The notes below the pieces were generated by a model. That model had not been told where the DNA came from. It ran no database searches and was given only the letters and a program-made list of their open reading frames with translations. The translations under genes were made by a program, and so were the position numbers. Below are positions 49,701 through 60,537 of a DNA stretch of 64,000 bases, one piece after another; position 1 is the first letter of the stretch; each line of letters opens with the position of its first letter. Source of the stretch: Moniliella sp. 'wahieum' (lineage: Eukaryota); NCBI GenBank assembly GCA_003971905.1, contig RSEE01000085.1, positions 1 to 64,000 of the forward strand, given 5' to 3'.

Positions 49701-52700
49701 TGAGCTACGGCGGCTTGGACGCGTTCCACCCAGTCGACCAGGATGCCACGACCCCGATGGCCCAACCAGTGAAGGCGCCGCCCGCGTTCGAAGGGGAAGG
49801 CGAGGAGGATTTCTCCTTGGACCAATCGTTTGCGCCCGCTCGACGCACACCAGTTGGGCCGGATCCTCTCCTGTGGCTGCCAGGGCCCCATTTCGGGTAG
49901 CGGCTGTGCGCACCATGCTGTCCCAGTCGTCGCTGTCGTCCGCCGTTCAGCCGTTCGGGGATGATGCGGACGATGTGGGGCTACGGAGGCCTGGAAGCCT
50001 TCCACCCGGTTGACCAGGACGCTACGACCCCGATGGCCACCCAGTGCAGGCCCACCCGCATTCGAAGGGGAAGGCGAGGAGGACTTTTCTTTGGACCAAT
50101 CGTTTGCGCCCCGCTCGACGCACACCAGCTGGGCCGGGTCCTTGCCGATCGCCGCCAGGGCCCCCATTCCGACGGTAGCGGCTGTGCGCACCATGCTCTC
50201 CCAATCTTCGCTGTCGTCCGCCGTTCAGCCGTTCGGGGATGATTCGGACGAAGTGAGCTACGGTGGGTTGGACGCGTTCCACCCTGTCGACCAGGGTGCC
50301 ACGGCCCCGTTGGCTCAACCGGTGAAGGCCCCGCCCGCGTTCGAAGGGGAAGGCGAGGAAGACTTCTCCCTAGACCAGTCGTTCGCGCCCCGCTCGACCC
50401 ATACCAGCTGGGCTGGATCCTCTCCCGTCATCGCAAGGGCGCCCATTCCGAAGGTAGCGGCTGTGCGTCCGATTGCGTCCACTTCGTCCCTCTCGTCCGC
50501 CGTACAGCCTCTGGGTGATGACAGCGATGATGTGAGCTACGGCGTTTTGTTCGCCTTCCACCCGGTTGACCAGGATGCCACTACGCCACTGGCTCAACCT
50601 GTGAAGGCCCCACCCGCATTCGAAGGGGAAGGGGAAGATGACTTTTCGTTGGACCGGTCGTTCGCGCCTCGCTCGACGCACACCAGCTGGGCCGGGTCCT
50701 CTCCGATCGCCTCCAGGGCCCCAATTCCGAAGGTAATAGCGGCTGTGCGTCCGAGGCCTCCCACTCATCTCTGTCCCTCGGCCGTGCAGCCTCTGGGTGA
50801 TGAGAGGGATGATGTGGCCTACGGAGGCTTGGACGCGTTCCACCCAGTCGACCAGGACGCGACCACGCCGTTGGCCCAGCCCGTGAGGGTCCCGCCCCGC
50901 GTTCGAAGGGGAAGGCGAGGAAGACTTCTCCCTGGACCAATCGTTTGCTCCCCGCTCGACCCGCACCAGTTGGGTTGGATCCTCTCCTGTCGTCGCCAGG
51001 CCCCCTATTCCCGAGCAGACGGTTCTCCGTTCCATGCCTTCCCGCTCATCTCTTTCGTCGGCCGTGCAACCTCTGGGAGATGACAGTGATGATGTGAGCT
51101 ACGGTGGGTTGGATGCTTTCCACCCGGTCGACCAGGATGCCACTACGCCGCTGGCCCAGCCAGTGAAGGCGCCGCCCGCGTTCGAAGGGGAAGGGGAAGA
51201 GGACTTTTCTTTGGACCAATCGTTTGCGCCCCGCTCGACCCGCACCAGTTGGGCTGGATCCTCTCCCGTCGTCGCCAGGGCCCCCATTCCGACGGTAGCG
51301 GCTGTGCGCACCATGCTCTCCCAATCGTCGCTTTCGTCCGCCGTCCAGCCGTTGGGGGAAGAGGGGAATGATGATGTGAGCTACGGCGGCTTGGACGCCT
51401 TCCATCCTGTCGACCAGGGTGCCACGGCCCCATTGGCTCAACCGGTGAAGGCCCCGCCCGCGTTCGAAGGGGAAGGTGAGGAGGACATCTCCTTGGACCA
51501 GTCGTTTGCGCCCCGCTCGACCCATACCAGCTGGGTTGGATCCTCTCCTGTCGTCGCAAGAGCCCCTATTCCCGAGCAGAAGGTTCTCCGTTCCATGCCC
51601 TCCCGCTCGTCCCTCTCGTCCGCCGTACAGCCTCTGGGTGATGACAGCGATGATGTGAGCTACGGCGGTTTGGAAGCCTTCCACCCGGTTGACCAGGACG
51701 CTACGACCCCGATGGCGCAGCCAGTGCAGGCCCCACCCGCATTCGAAGGGGAAGGCGAGGAGGACTTTTCTTTGGACCAATCGTTTGCGCCCCGCTCGAC
51801 GCACACCAGTTGGGCTGGATCCTCTCCCGTCGTCGCCAGGGCCCCCATTCCGACGGTAGCGGCTGTGCGCACCATGCTCTCCCAATCGTCGCTTTCGTCC
51901 GCCGTCCAGCCGTTGGGGGAAGAGGGGAATGATGATGTGAGCTACGGCGGCTTGGACGCCTTCCATCCTGTCGACCAGGGTGCCACGGCCCCGTTGGCTC
52001 AACCGGTGAAGGCCCCGCCCGCGTTCGAAGGGGAAGGCGAGGAAGACTTCTCCCTAGACCAGTCGTTCGCGCCCCGCTCGACCCATACCAGCTGGGCTGG
52101 ATCCTCTCCCGTCATCGCAAGGGCGCCCATTCCGAAGGTAGCGGCTGTGCGTCCGATTGCGTCCACTTCGTCCCTCTCGTCCGCCGTACAGCCTCTGGGT
52201 GATGACAGCGATGATGTGAGCTACGGCGTTTTGTTCGCCTTCCACCCGGTTGACCAGGATGCCACTACGCCACTGGCTCAACCTGTGAAGGCCCCACCCG
52301 CATTCGAAGGGGAAGGGGAAGATGACTTTTCGTTGGACCGGTCGTTCGCGCCTCGCTCGACGCACACCAGCTGGGCCGGGTCCTCTCCGATCGCCTCCAG
52401 GGCCCCAATTCCGAAGGTAATAGCGGCTGTGCGTCCGAGGCCCTCCCACTCATCTCTGTCCTCGGCCGTGCAGCCTCTGGGTGATGAGAGGGATGATGTG
52501 GCCTACGGAGGCTTGGACGCGTTCCACCCAGTCGACCAGGACGCGACCACGCCGTTGGCCCAGCCCGTGAGGGTCCCGCCCGCGTTCGAAGGGGAAGGCG
52601 AGGAAGACTTCTCCCTGGACCAATCGTTTGCTCCCCGCTCGACCCGCACCAGTTGGGTTGGATCCTCTCCTGTCGCGCCAGGCCCCCTATTCCCGAGCAG

Positions 52701-53730
52701 ACGGTTCTCCGTTCCATGCCTTCCCGCTCATCTCTTTCGTCGGCCGTGCAACCTCTGGGAGATGACAGTGATGATGTGAGCTACGGTGGGTTGGATGCTT
52801 TCCACCCGGTCGACCAGGATGCCACTACGCCGCTGGCCCAGCCAGTGAAGGCGCCGCCCGCGTTCGAAGGGGAAGGGGAAGAGGACTTTTCTTTGGACCA
52901 ATCGTTTGCGCCCCGCTCGACCCGCACCAGTTGGGCTGGATCCTCTCCCGTCGTCGCCAGGGCCCCCATTCCGACGGTAGCGGCTGTGCGCACCATGCTC
53001 TCCCAATCGTCGCTTTCGTCCGCCGTCCAGCCGTTGGGGGAAGAGGGGAATGATGATGTGAGCTACGGCGGCTTGGACGCCTTCCATCCTGTCGACCAGG
53101 GTGCCACGGCCCCATTGGCTCAACCGGTGAAGGCCCCGCCCGCGTTCGAAGGGGAAGGCGAGGAAGATCTCCCTAGACCAGTCGTTCGCGCCCCGCTCGA
53201 CCCATACCAGCTGGGCAGGATCCTCTCCCATCGTTGCTCGGGCGCCCATCTTCGAGGCGACGGTTGTGCGTACCATGCCCTCCCGCTCGTCTCTCTCCTC
53301 AGCTGTGCAGCCGTTCGGGGAAGAGGGGAATGATGATGTGAGCTACGGCGGCTTGGACGCTTTCCACCCTGTCGACCAGGATGCTACGACCCCTCGACCC
53401 CATTCCCCTGTCGGTAAACCAGTGCTGCGTTCAAGCGCCCCTGCCCTCGAAGGCGAAGGCCAAGATGTTTTTGCATTGGACCGTATTTTTGCACCTCGCT
53501 CCACTCATACCAGCTACGCAGGCTCACCCGTCGCGCCTGAATTTGGTGCCCGGGACCGAGCCGGACCTCTCCGTCCCTCTGGTTGGGGGGCGACGCGCGC
53601 TGCTTCCCCCTCTTCCGATGATATCCATCACCCCCCTCCTCCCCCACTAGAGACCGGCCACGAAGCGGTTACCTTTGCGGGTCTTGACTCGCTCCATCCC
53701 ATGGATCAGGCCCAGGTTGCTGTCATATGA
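46720..53730 (+). CDS. Very large (~2300 aa if indels are repaired) uncharacterised protein: S/P/H-rich N-terminus plus a ~93-aa tandem-repeat array
   Basis: ATG 46720 (MGFFSRLW); consecutive plus-strand frames with the same repeat; 581-aa uninterrupted segment 51034-52779; stop TGA at 53730. Confidence 0.7.
48150..53720 (+). repeat. Coding tandem array, ~279-282 bp unit, ~19 copies of the FEGEGEEDFSLDQSFAPRSTHTSW core
   Basis: Core motif at ~48157, 48455, 48955, 49234, 49512, 49787, 50061, 50340, 50619, 50902, 51181, 51463, 51742, 52024, 52303, 52585, 52863, 53145, 53447; many differences between units fall at synonymous positions. Confidence 0.95.
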
Positions 53731-54426
53731 TGTCAGTCACACCTTCCTCCCCCATGCTATTCGTCTTTCGATGAGCTGTCTGATTCATGATTCACTACTC
53801 TCAACCGCAACTGGACAATTCTTTTTTCGTCCCCCCCCCCCCTTTTCTCTCTCTTCCCGTAAGCTCCACTTCTTCTCTCGGTGACCGAATGAAACCAAGA
53901 TGTGTTCCTCTTCCCACTTGGTAGACTGTCTGGTATAGTATCAAGACAGGACGACGGTGCATCACATTTTGACTGACCTTCCTGCGTCCTTGTCGAATAG
54001 TCGGTGCGCCAGTTTTGCTGGCTACGTCTTCAATTCCAAGCGGTTCCCATGCCGTGCCGCACCCAGGAAGGCCCTGGACGCAGCGGGGATACAAGCGGAT
54101 GCCAATCGATTACAAGCGATGAACCAGATAAAACAGACAACCGGGGGAGCGGAGGACAAGCGAGGTGACCTACTCCATCTCGTGTACCCTGTTAAGGCGC
54201 CAGGCACATGTTGTGGGGATGGAAATCAATTACTAGTAGTGATGGAGACAGAGCAACCAAACTGGGAAGGACTGATCAATACGACTGATCAAGGCGAGAA
54301 GACGACAGACGGAGTCAGGCACTCCCCCTCGGAGCTGATGCAGCACCGCTCTTTTCGCACTGTACCAGTACCACTCTCTGGCCTTCCTTCTACCCCACCT
54401 CGGTCCACGCCCACGCCATGGGATGA

Positions 54427-57400
54427 TCAGATCATCAACGGCCCGCCCGTCCCTTCGTCCATGTCGTCCTCGACAAAGTTGAGGCCGGCAAAGAGAGGCG
54501 AGTGCAGCACACCGTGCAGAGTGCTGGATGGAGGTCCCTGGGTAGTTGCCCCCCCCGGTAGAGCAAGCGACGGGGGCGCGGGGCGCGTGCTGGTGTCGGG
54601 AGCAGGGAGGGTAGAGGTAGAAGGAGAAGTGGAACCTGGCGCTGTTGGTACCAGTCCTGCATCGTCATTCTCAGCGTGCAGCAGGTCGGGGGCGGAGGAA
54701 GGGTGGTGTGGGGCGGAGAAGGCCAATTCCCGTTCGGCAAGTGGGGTGGGGGATACGGGGGCCGAGTGACCGAGGTAGACCGAGGGAACGCCTTGTGGGC
54801 GTGCCTCGGTGGGCGGGACAAGTGCACCAAGCGCTTGTTCGCGCAAGGCTTGTCGTTGCGCTTGGCGCGCGCGTTTTTCCCGCCGGGTCACCTTCCGTGA
54901 GCCCGAGTCGGATTGCAGATCGCTAGGCGGACCACGGGGAAAGAGCATGCCCATCCCAGGACCAGGCAGGGGTGAGAGGGTCACGTCGCCTGCTGCAGTG
55001 GCCGAATCAGCGGGGTTAGAGGACGCCAATCCAGTGGCTTGGTGCGCCGAGGCCATGGCCGAGGGAGACGGGGCCATGATGGTCAAGCCCAATGTGTCCA
55101 GCGCGTCGGCGCCATATCGTGTAGCCGCAGCCGAAGTCGGGCGCGGAAGCGACTGGTGTTGGCCATCACGAAAGGTGTTCATAGGCACCCGATTCCAGCG
55201 CGCAAAGGCCTGTTGGTTGAAACCCAATTGGCTCTGCGGCGTGCTCTGCGACTTGGACGTCGAGGGCGACTCACCCGCCAGGCGAGATAAGCTGGAGAGC
55301 GAAGGTGGAGCCAGCGAAGATGAACCCAAGGGCGTGGCGTTGGCTTTGCCAGACGTACCACTCACATCCCCTCGGGGCGGGGAGCTGCTGCCAGCCATAC
55401 GAAGTGCAGCAGCATCCAAAACATCGTCCAGATCCAGATCTACCATCTCCATACTCGCCTCACCTTCCTCTTCCCCAGCAGCCCCTCCCACAGCCTCGGG
55501 GAGGTAATGGAGCCGGGGCCAGTCATCTTGCCGCCGCGGGACGCACCCGAACGAGAACGAGACGGACCACCTGGGCCGGCGGGAGGATCGGCTGATAACC
55601 GTCTCATCCGTTTGGATGATTGGCGGGCGTGTCAAGCTGAAAAAAACAAAGGAGGTTAGTACCGGGCGACCAAGTGAGGCTCACAGGGGGCATGCCAAGA
55701 TAAACCGGGACGTACTTCGCGTGCTCTACTGCGCTTGGCAGAGGCTTGGGCGGCACGGATGCCAAGTCCCTTGTTGCGCACCGTGTATGACGGCAAACGG
55801 AGAAGGGGCTTCACGACGTCCGTCAATGACAGCACGGTGCTTGGCGTTGGAGGAGGTGGGGCGGAAACTGCCCATCATGGGGGGGCGGAGGGGCGTGGCG
55901 TGGATGGGCAAGGTGGTGGAACCAGTCATGGCATGGGCCAATGCGTCTGCCATCCACCCCGATTCACTCGGCTCCGTTTCCGCTTTGGGTGTGGGGCCAA
56001 CGCGAGTGGGGGATAGCAGGGGTGCTTGTGCTAGCTTCTGCAGTGGGAGGATCAGCTGCATCGGGAGCAGGAAGGTCGACGGGCACCAAGGATGTGTCCG
56101 CTTCGGTTTGGATCGGGGCCGGATCCACAGAGGCCAAGGCAGGCTCTGTCGTGGTCGCAGTGGCAGTGGCCGCGCTGGGAGCCAGGACGGAAGCGTCGAC
56201 AGGAGAGCCTGCTGGTTGCTTCGGGTCTGGTTCAACGAGCGGCTGCACCTGTGGGGGTGGAGCCAGCTCGAGGTCGAGGTCGATGTCAAGGTCATGAGTA
56301 GGTTTGGGCTCCAGTTCCGCTTCCGGTTCGAGTTTGTCCTGATGCTCGTGGGCCTGATCCTGCTCTTGATCTTGCTCTTGTTCTTGTTCTTGTGCTTGCT
56401 CTTGCTCTGCGGCCGCGAGGATTAGGGGGAAAGTGGTGGTGTTGTCTTCCCTTGTCCCTGAGGCCGCCGCGGGCACCAAGTCTGGTGGCAGGGAAAATGG
56501 GAACGCGCTGGATTGGGACGGCAGGGGTTTCACCCCGCGCGTTCGTCCACGGACACGGTCGAGGTCACGTTGGTTGCGGCGCAATTGGCGTCGACGTTCG
56601 CGGCGTTGTTGTTTGCGTCGTTGACGACCGAGATGGCCATGGGGCTCGACAGAGCCGACGAGCAAGCGGGAAAATTGCATATCTTCCTCGGCCATTTCGT
56701 CCGTCGTTTCGCCTTCCTCGTCGTTCATTTCCAGCTCGAGTTGCCGGGCCAAATCGAGGGTTTGGTGGTTGAGGTCGGGCCAGACAAGCGGTTGGGTACC
56801 GTTCGGGGGGGCGAGAGCAGAGGTGGAAGAGGATGCGGTCCCGCTCCGTGCGAGGCGGGGAGGGTGCTCGGTCAATGCCTCGAGTAACTTGGCCTCGTCG
56901 CCAGCAGACCAAGTGTTGTACTTGTCATCGCTGGTTGTGTCGTCCAAGGCGGTGCCCAGGACAGATGAGCGGCGGCGCTGGAGCAGCAGTTTTTGTCGTT
57001 CCTCTCGCAGTGCGTCTTGGGTTTGGGCAAAGTCTTCCGTGTTGACCCCAGGCACGTTGGGGTCGTCAACGGTACCATCGGGAGCCGGGAGGAAGGAGCG
57101 TTGGGCATGGTGCGCCAGTGTCGCCTCGTCGTCCGTGTCGAGATCGTTGCCATAAGTCAAGGCCAGCATACAATTCCTCGTCTGGACTCAGCTCTTCGTC
57201 CGAGCCGTCGTCCGACGAGCCATCCTCGCCAATGTACTCAAACTCTCCATCCGAGCCAAACACCGCCTCGCCATTGGACGCACGCGCATAGATCAAACGG
57301 CCATCCAGGTCCTCAATAATCAGCAGCGGCATCTCTGCTTGGCGCGCTGCTTCCTCGGCCAAGGCCAAGTCGGTGTTGACCACCGACCCAGCCTCGACTG

Positions 57401-58544
57401 GGCCCAGCTCGCTCCCAGCGCCATTCTTCTCCGCCAACTCCATCTCTCGCGATGCACGGCGGCAATATCGAGCAGTGCCGCCTCCAGCGCCGAAAGGTCC
57501 GATCCTCCCTTGATTCCGTGTCGGTAGTCAAAGCGTCCAGGTCAGATTCCCCCTCGGGGAGGGTCGTGCTGGGAAACGGGAAGGACAGGGGGTGGGCAGA
57601 GCAGTTTTATCCGCATCCGCATCCGCGTCTGCGTCCTCCTCGGCTGGGTCGGGTCCGAGCCCGAGTCGAAAAAGTCGGTAAAGGAGGGTTCCGAATCGGT
57701 ATGAAAGCCGGCTTGGGCCTCGAAAATCTCGTTGCCCAGCATACTGCCCGAGTTGGAGAGGACCAAGGCGCGTAATGTATCGGAGATAAGGTAGCGGAGG
57801 TGGTAGTAGGTCGGGGACGGGGACGGGGATGGCGCTGGTGATTGGGAGTCAAAGAGGAGAGGGTGGGCAATGGGATGTGAGTCTGCATTGCTCGGTTGGG
57901 CGGCAAAGAATGGTCCGAACCATCGTCGTCGTCGTCGTCATCGTCGTCAGAGGCGGAGGAGGAGCGAGCATGGGAGCCGGCTCTCCTCCCCCGAGGCGGG
58001 GTGGGGTGCAGGCCCAACCGGCTGGGCGAGTTACGTGCAGCGTCCTCGTCGTGGCTGCGTTGGCGCGGGATGGGAGGCGGGCGGCGGCGGCGGCGGTGGC
58101 GCAGGCGAGCCTCTTCGTCGGCGATGATGCGGGCCTCCTCCTCAGCCAAGAGGTCGTCTTCCGACTCGGGGGCGGCGACGGAAGAAGTGGGGGGTGGGAG
58201 GCAGAAGGACGGGGACGCTGCTTGCTAGCATCCTCGTCGTCGTCGCTGGAAGCATCGCCAATGTCATTGGCATCTGTTCCGGCAGGATCGTTGTCGGGGT
58301 CGGAGGCAACGAGAGCAAGCGCGTGGGCAAGCGCTTCGTCGTCCGTTTCGGCATCCAAGTCGATATCAAGGTCCGAATCCGAATCGGAATCGGGGGAGAC
58401 GGCAGCAGCGGCGGCGCGGCGAGGGCGCGGCCAGCGGGCAGCCGTCGCGCCCACACTCATCGGGGGCGCGGGCAGGGGGGGGCGGGGAGGAGGAGGGGGC
58501 GGGGGTGTGGATGGGCAGGTGCGGGCTCGGAGCTCGCAGGGCAT
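54427..58544 (-). CDS. Large acidic low-complexity protein, tentatively Ifh1/Crf1-like; intron ~55638-55714
   Basis: Conserved-looking islands IEDLDGRLIYARASNGEAVFGSDGEFEY, EEGETTDEMAEED, PPMMGSF..RAVIDG..PSPF, ARWNRVPMNTFR, LHSPLFAGL. The CDS is well supported; the family call is inference. Confidence 0.55.
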
Positions 58545-60537
58545 GGACTGGGGTGCCAGCCGCGGTGTGGGGGGGTGGGGGGGGTGGGGAAGCGGCGAGA
58601 GAGACGGCGAACGGCGGCGAGAAGGCTGATGCGATGGAGGCGCAAAAAAGGCCAGAGCGGTGGAGCCGGCCGGCGGGAAAGGCGTGGGGCGTGCTGGTGT
58701 GCTGGCTGCGGCCTGGCTGGCTGCCCAGCGCACTGGCTGAAAAAAATTGGCTGGATCGGTGCAACGCCTGGGCGGCTCAAGCGCAGCGGCTGGGCACGCG
58801 TTAACGTCACGCCGCGTCACGTGCGCAGCCCAGTCGCATAAATGACTGGCATGAATATTCAATCCCCCGCCGCCTAGTGCTGGGGGGCGTCGCGGTAGTT
58901 TTTTTTGTGTACGTGCCAAGTACGCGTGCGAATCTGCGAGTTACAGGATCGATACCAAGCAGCGGCAGCCACTGCCTGGCCAGGCCTTCCCTCGGATACC
59001 TGGCGATAACGCCCAGAGTCATCCTAGTCATCTGTGCCATCGATAAGCAATCATTGGCTGCGCGTCCATCGCCTGCTTTTTTTTACCACCAGTCGTAGTC
59101 TCGCCGCCTTGTCAGGCCACATGTCAAAGGAGTTGTGGGAGTTGTTGGCAATCTCTCCACGCCCCGCTCCCGCTATCCACCATTGCCCTGTCCTAATATG
59201 TGCTCGCCACGCACGCGGTTTTTATTATGTGGCTTTTCAATCCACACTCTCACTCATTTGTGTTCATCGCGGGCTTTTTATGATTGAGATCCAAGAAACC
59301 ATATATCCATGACCGATCCAGACACGTACTGTGTATCCAGGCCGAAAGAGTGCGAGCGAGACGCGAAGCGAGAGCTAGGTAAGAGGGAAAAAAACTAGCG
59401 GGACCGGGAAACGAGAAACAGAAACAGGAAACGGGAAACGGGAACGGGAAGGAAACAGACGAGCCGAGATGCGAGCAGAGGGCAGGTGTCCACTGCAGCG
59501 AAAAAAAGGGAAGAAAGGAAGCGAGAGAGAGAGTGGGCGAGAGAGAAAGGAGAGAAAAGAGAGGGAATTATAGAAGCAGGGGCAAACGAGTGTGCGGTCG
59601 CAACCGAGTACTCAGGACCAAGGGCTGAGGACGGAGAAGAAGACCGAGCGTTTGCCAAAAAAGAGAAGGAAAAAGAAGAAAAAGAAAAAAGATCGAGAGA
59701 CCAGAACCTCCGAACCGAATCCAAATGGGATGGTACATTGGTACATGGTACATGGCACCCTGAAAGACATAGCCAGACAACTGCAGTTCCAACAGGAAAG
59801 GGGAACCCAAAACCGGACCAAAACAGGACAAAAACAGAAACAAGAACAAAACGCAGGTGCGCAGAAGCGTGAAACTTAAACGTCGCAACAGGGTGGAGGC
59901 GGGCGCGAGCACGAGCAAGTCAAGTATAGAGGGGAGAAAGAGGGGGCGAGACGGAGCCGGGTCGGGGGGGGACAAAACCCGACGATCAGAGAGACGAGAC
60001 GACGAGACGAGACGAGGAAGGGAGGCAGGAGGCATACGGTTGAGGTTGAGATCAACGGAGGAACAGAGTATATGTGGCTGTGGGTGTGGGTTTGCTTGGG
60101 CTTGGGCTTGGGCTTGGCTTGGCTTGCCTGTGCGTGTAGAGTAGCAGGGGTGCCGGAGTAGCTGCCCATGCCCACCGAGGGGACAGGGACAGAGGGATGC
60201 AGATCAGATCCGAGCGGAGCCAGCATGTAAAAGGACTAAGCCAGAAGAAGAGAACAGTGCGGTGTGCGGTGTGCGGTGTGCGGTGTGTGGTGTGGAATCA
60301 AACAAAGCAGACAGGGCGGTATCGAGGTATCATCATGTGGCGGAATCCTTTAGCGTGCGAAAACAAGGGAAAAGAAACGAAATGCGAACCCACCCAACCG
60401 AGCCGAGCCGAGCCGACCGGCGAAATGATTGGGTCGTAAAATGACAAGGCGGGGGGGGGGGGAGAAGACAAAAAACGGCTTGGGGGAAAAGAGAAAGACC
60501 CGACCCAGACCCAGACCCAACCTGGGCGGAGAGGCGT

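Noticed and set aside
48150..53720. CRISPR array or non-coding satellite
   Set aside because: Units are ~280 bp, similar along their whole length with no unique spacers, are multiples of 3 with codon-preserving variation, and the context is eukaryotic with no cas genes.
48150..53720. Kex2-processed repeat peptide (KEP/dikaritin RiPP) precursor
   Set aside because: No signal peptide, no KR/RR sites in the repeat frame, and no DUF3328 or other tailoring genes seen nearby.
58627..58750. PAC-like (GCGATGG) and RRPE-like (TGAAAAAAATT) motifs upstream of the Ifh1-like gene
   Set aside because: Both are imperfect matches to yeast consensus motifs and are too weak without conservation data.
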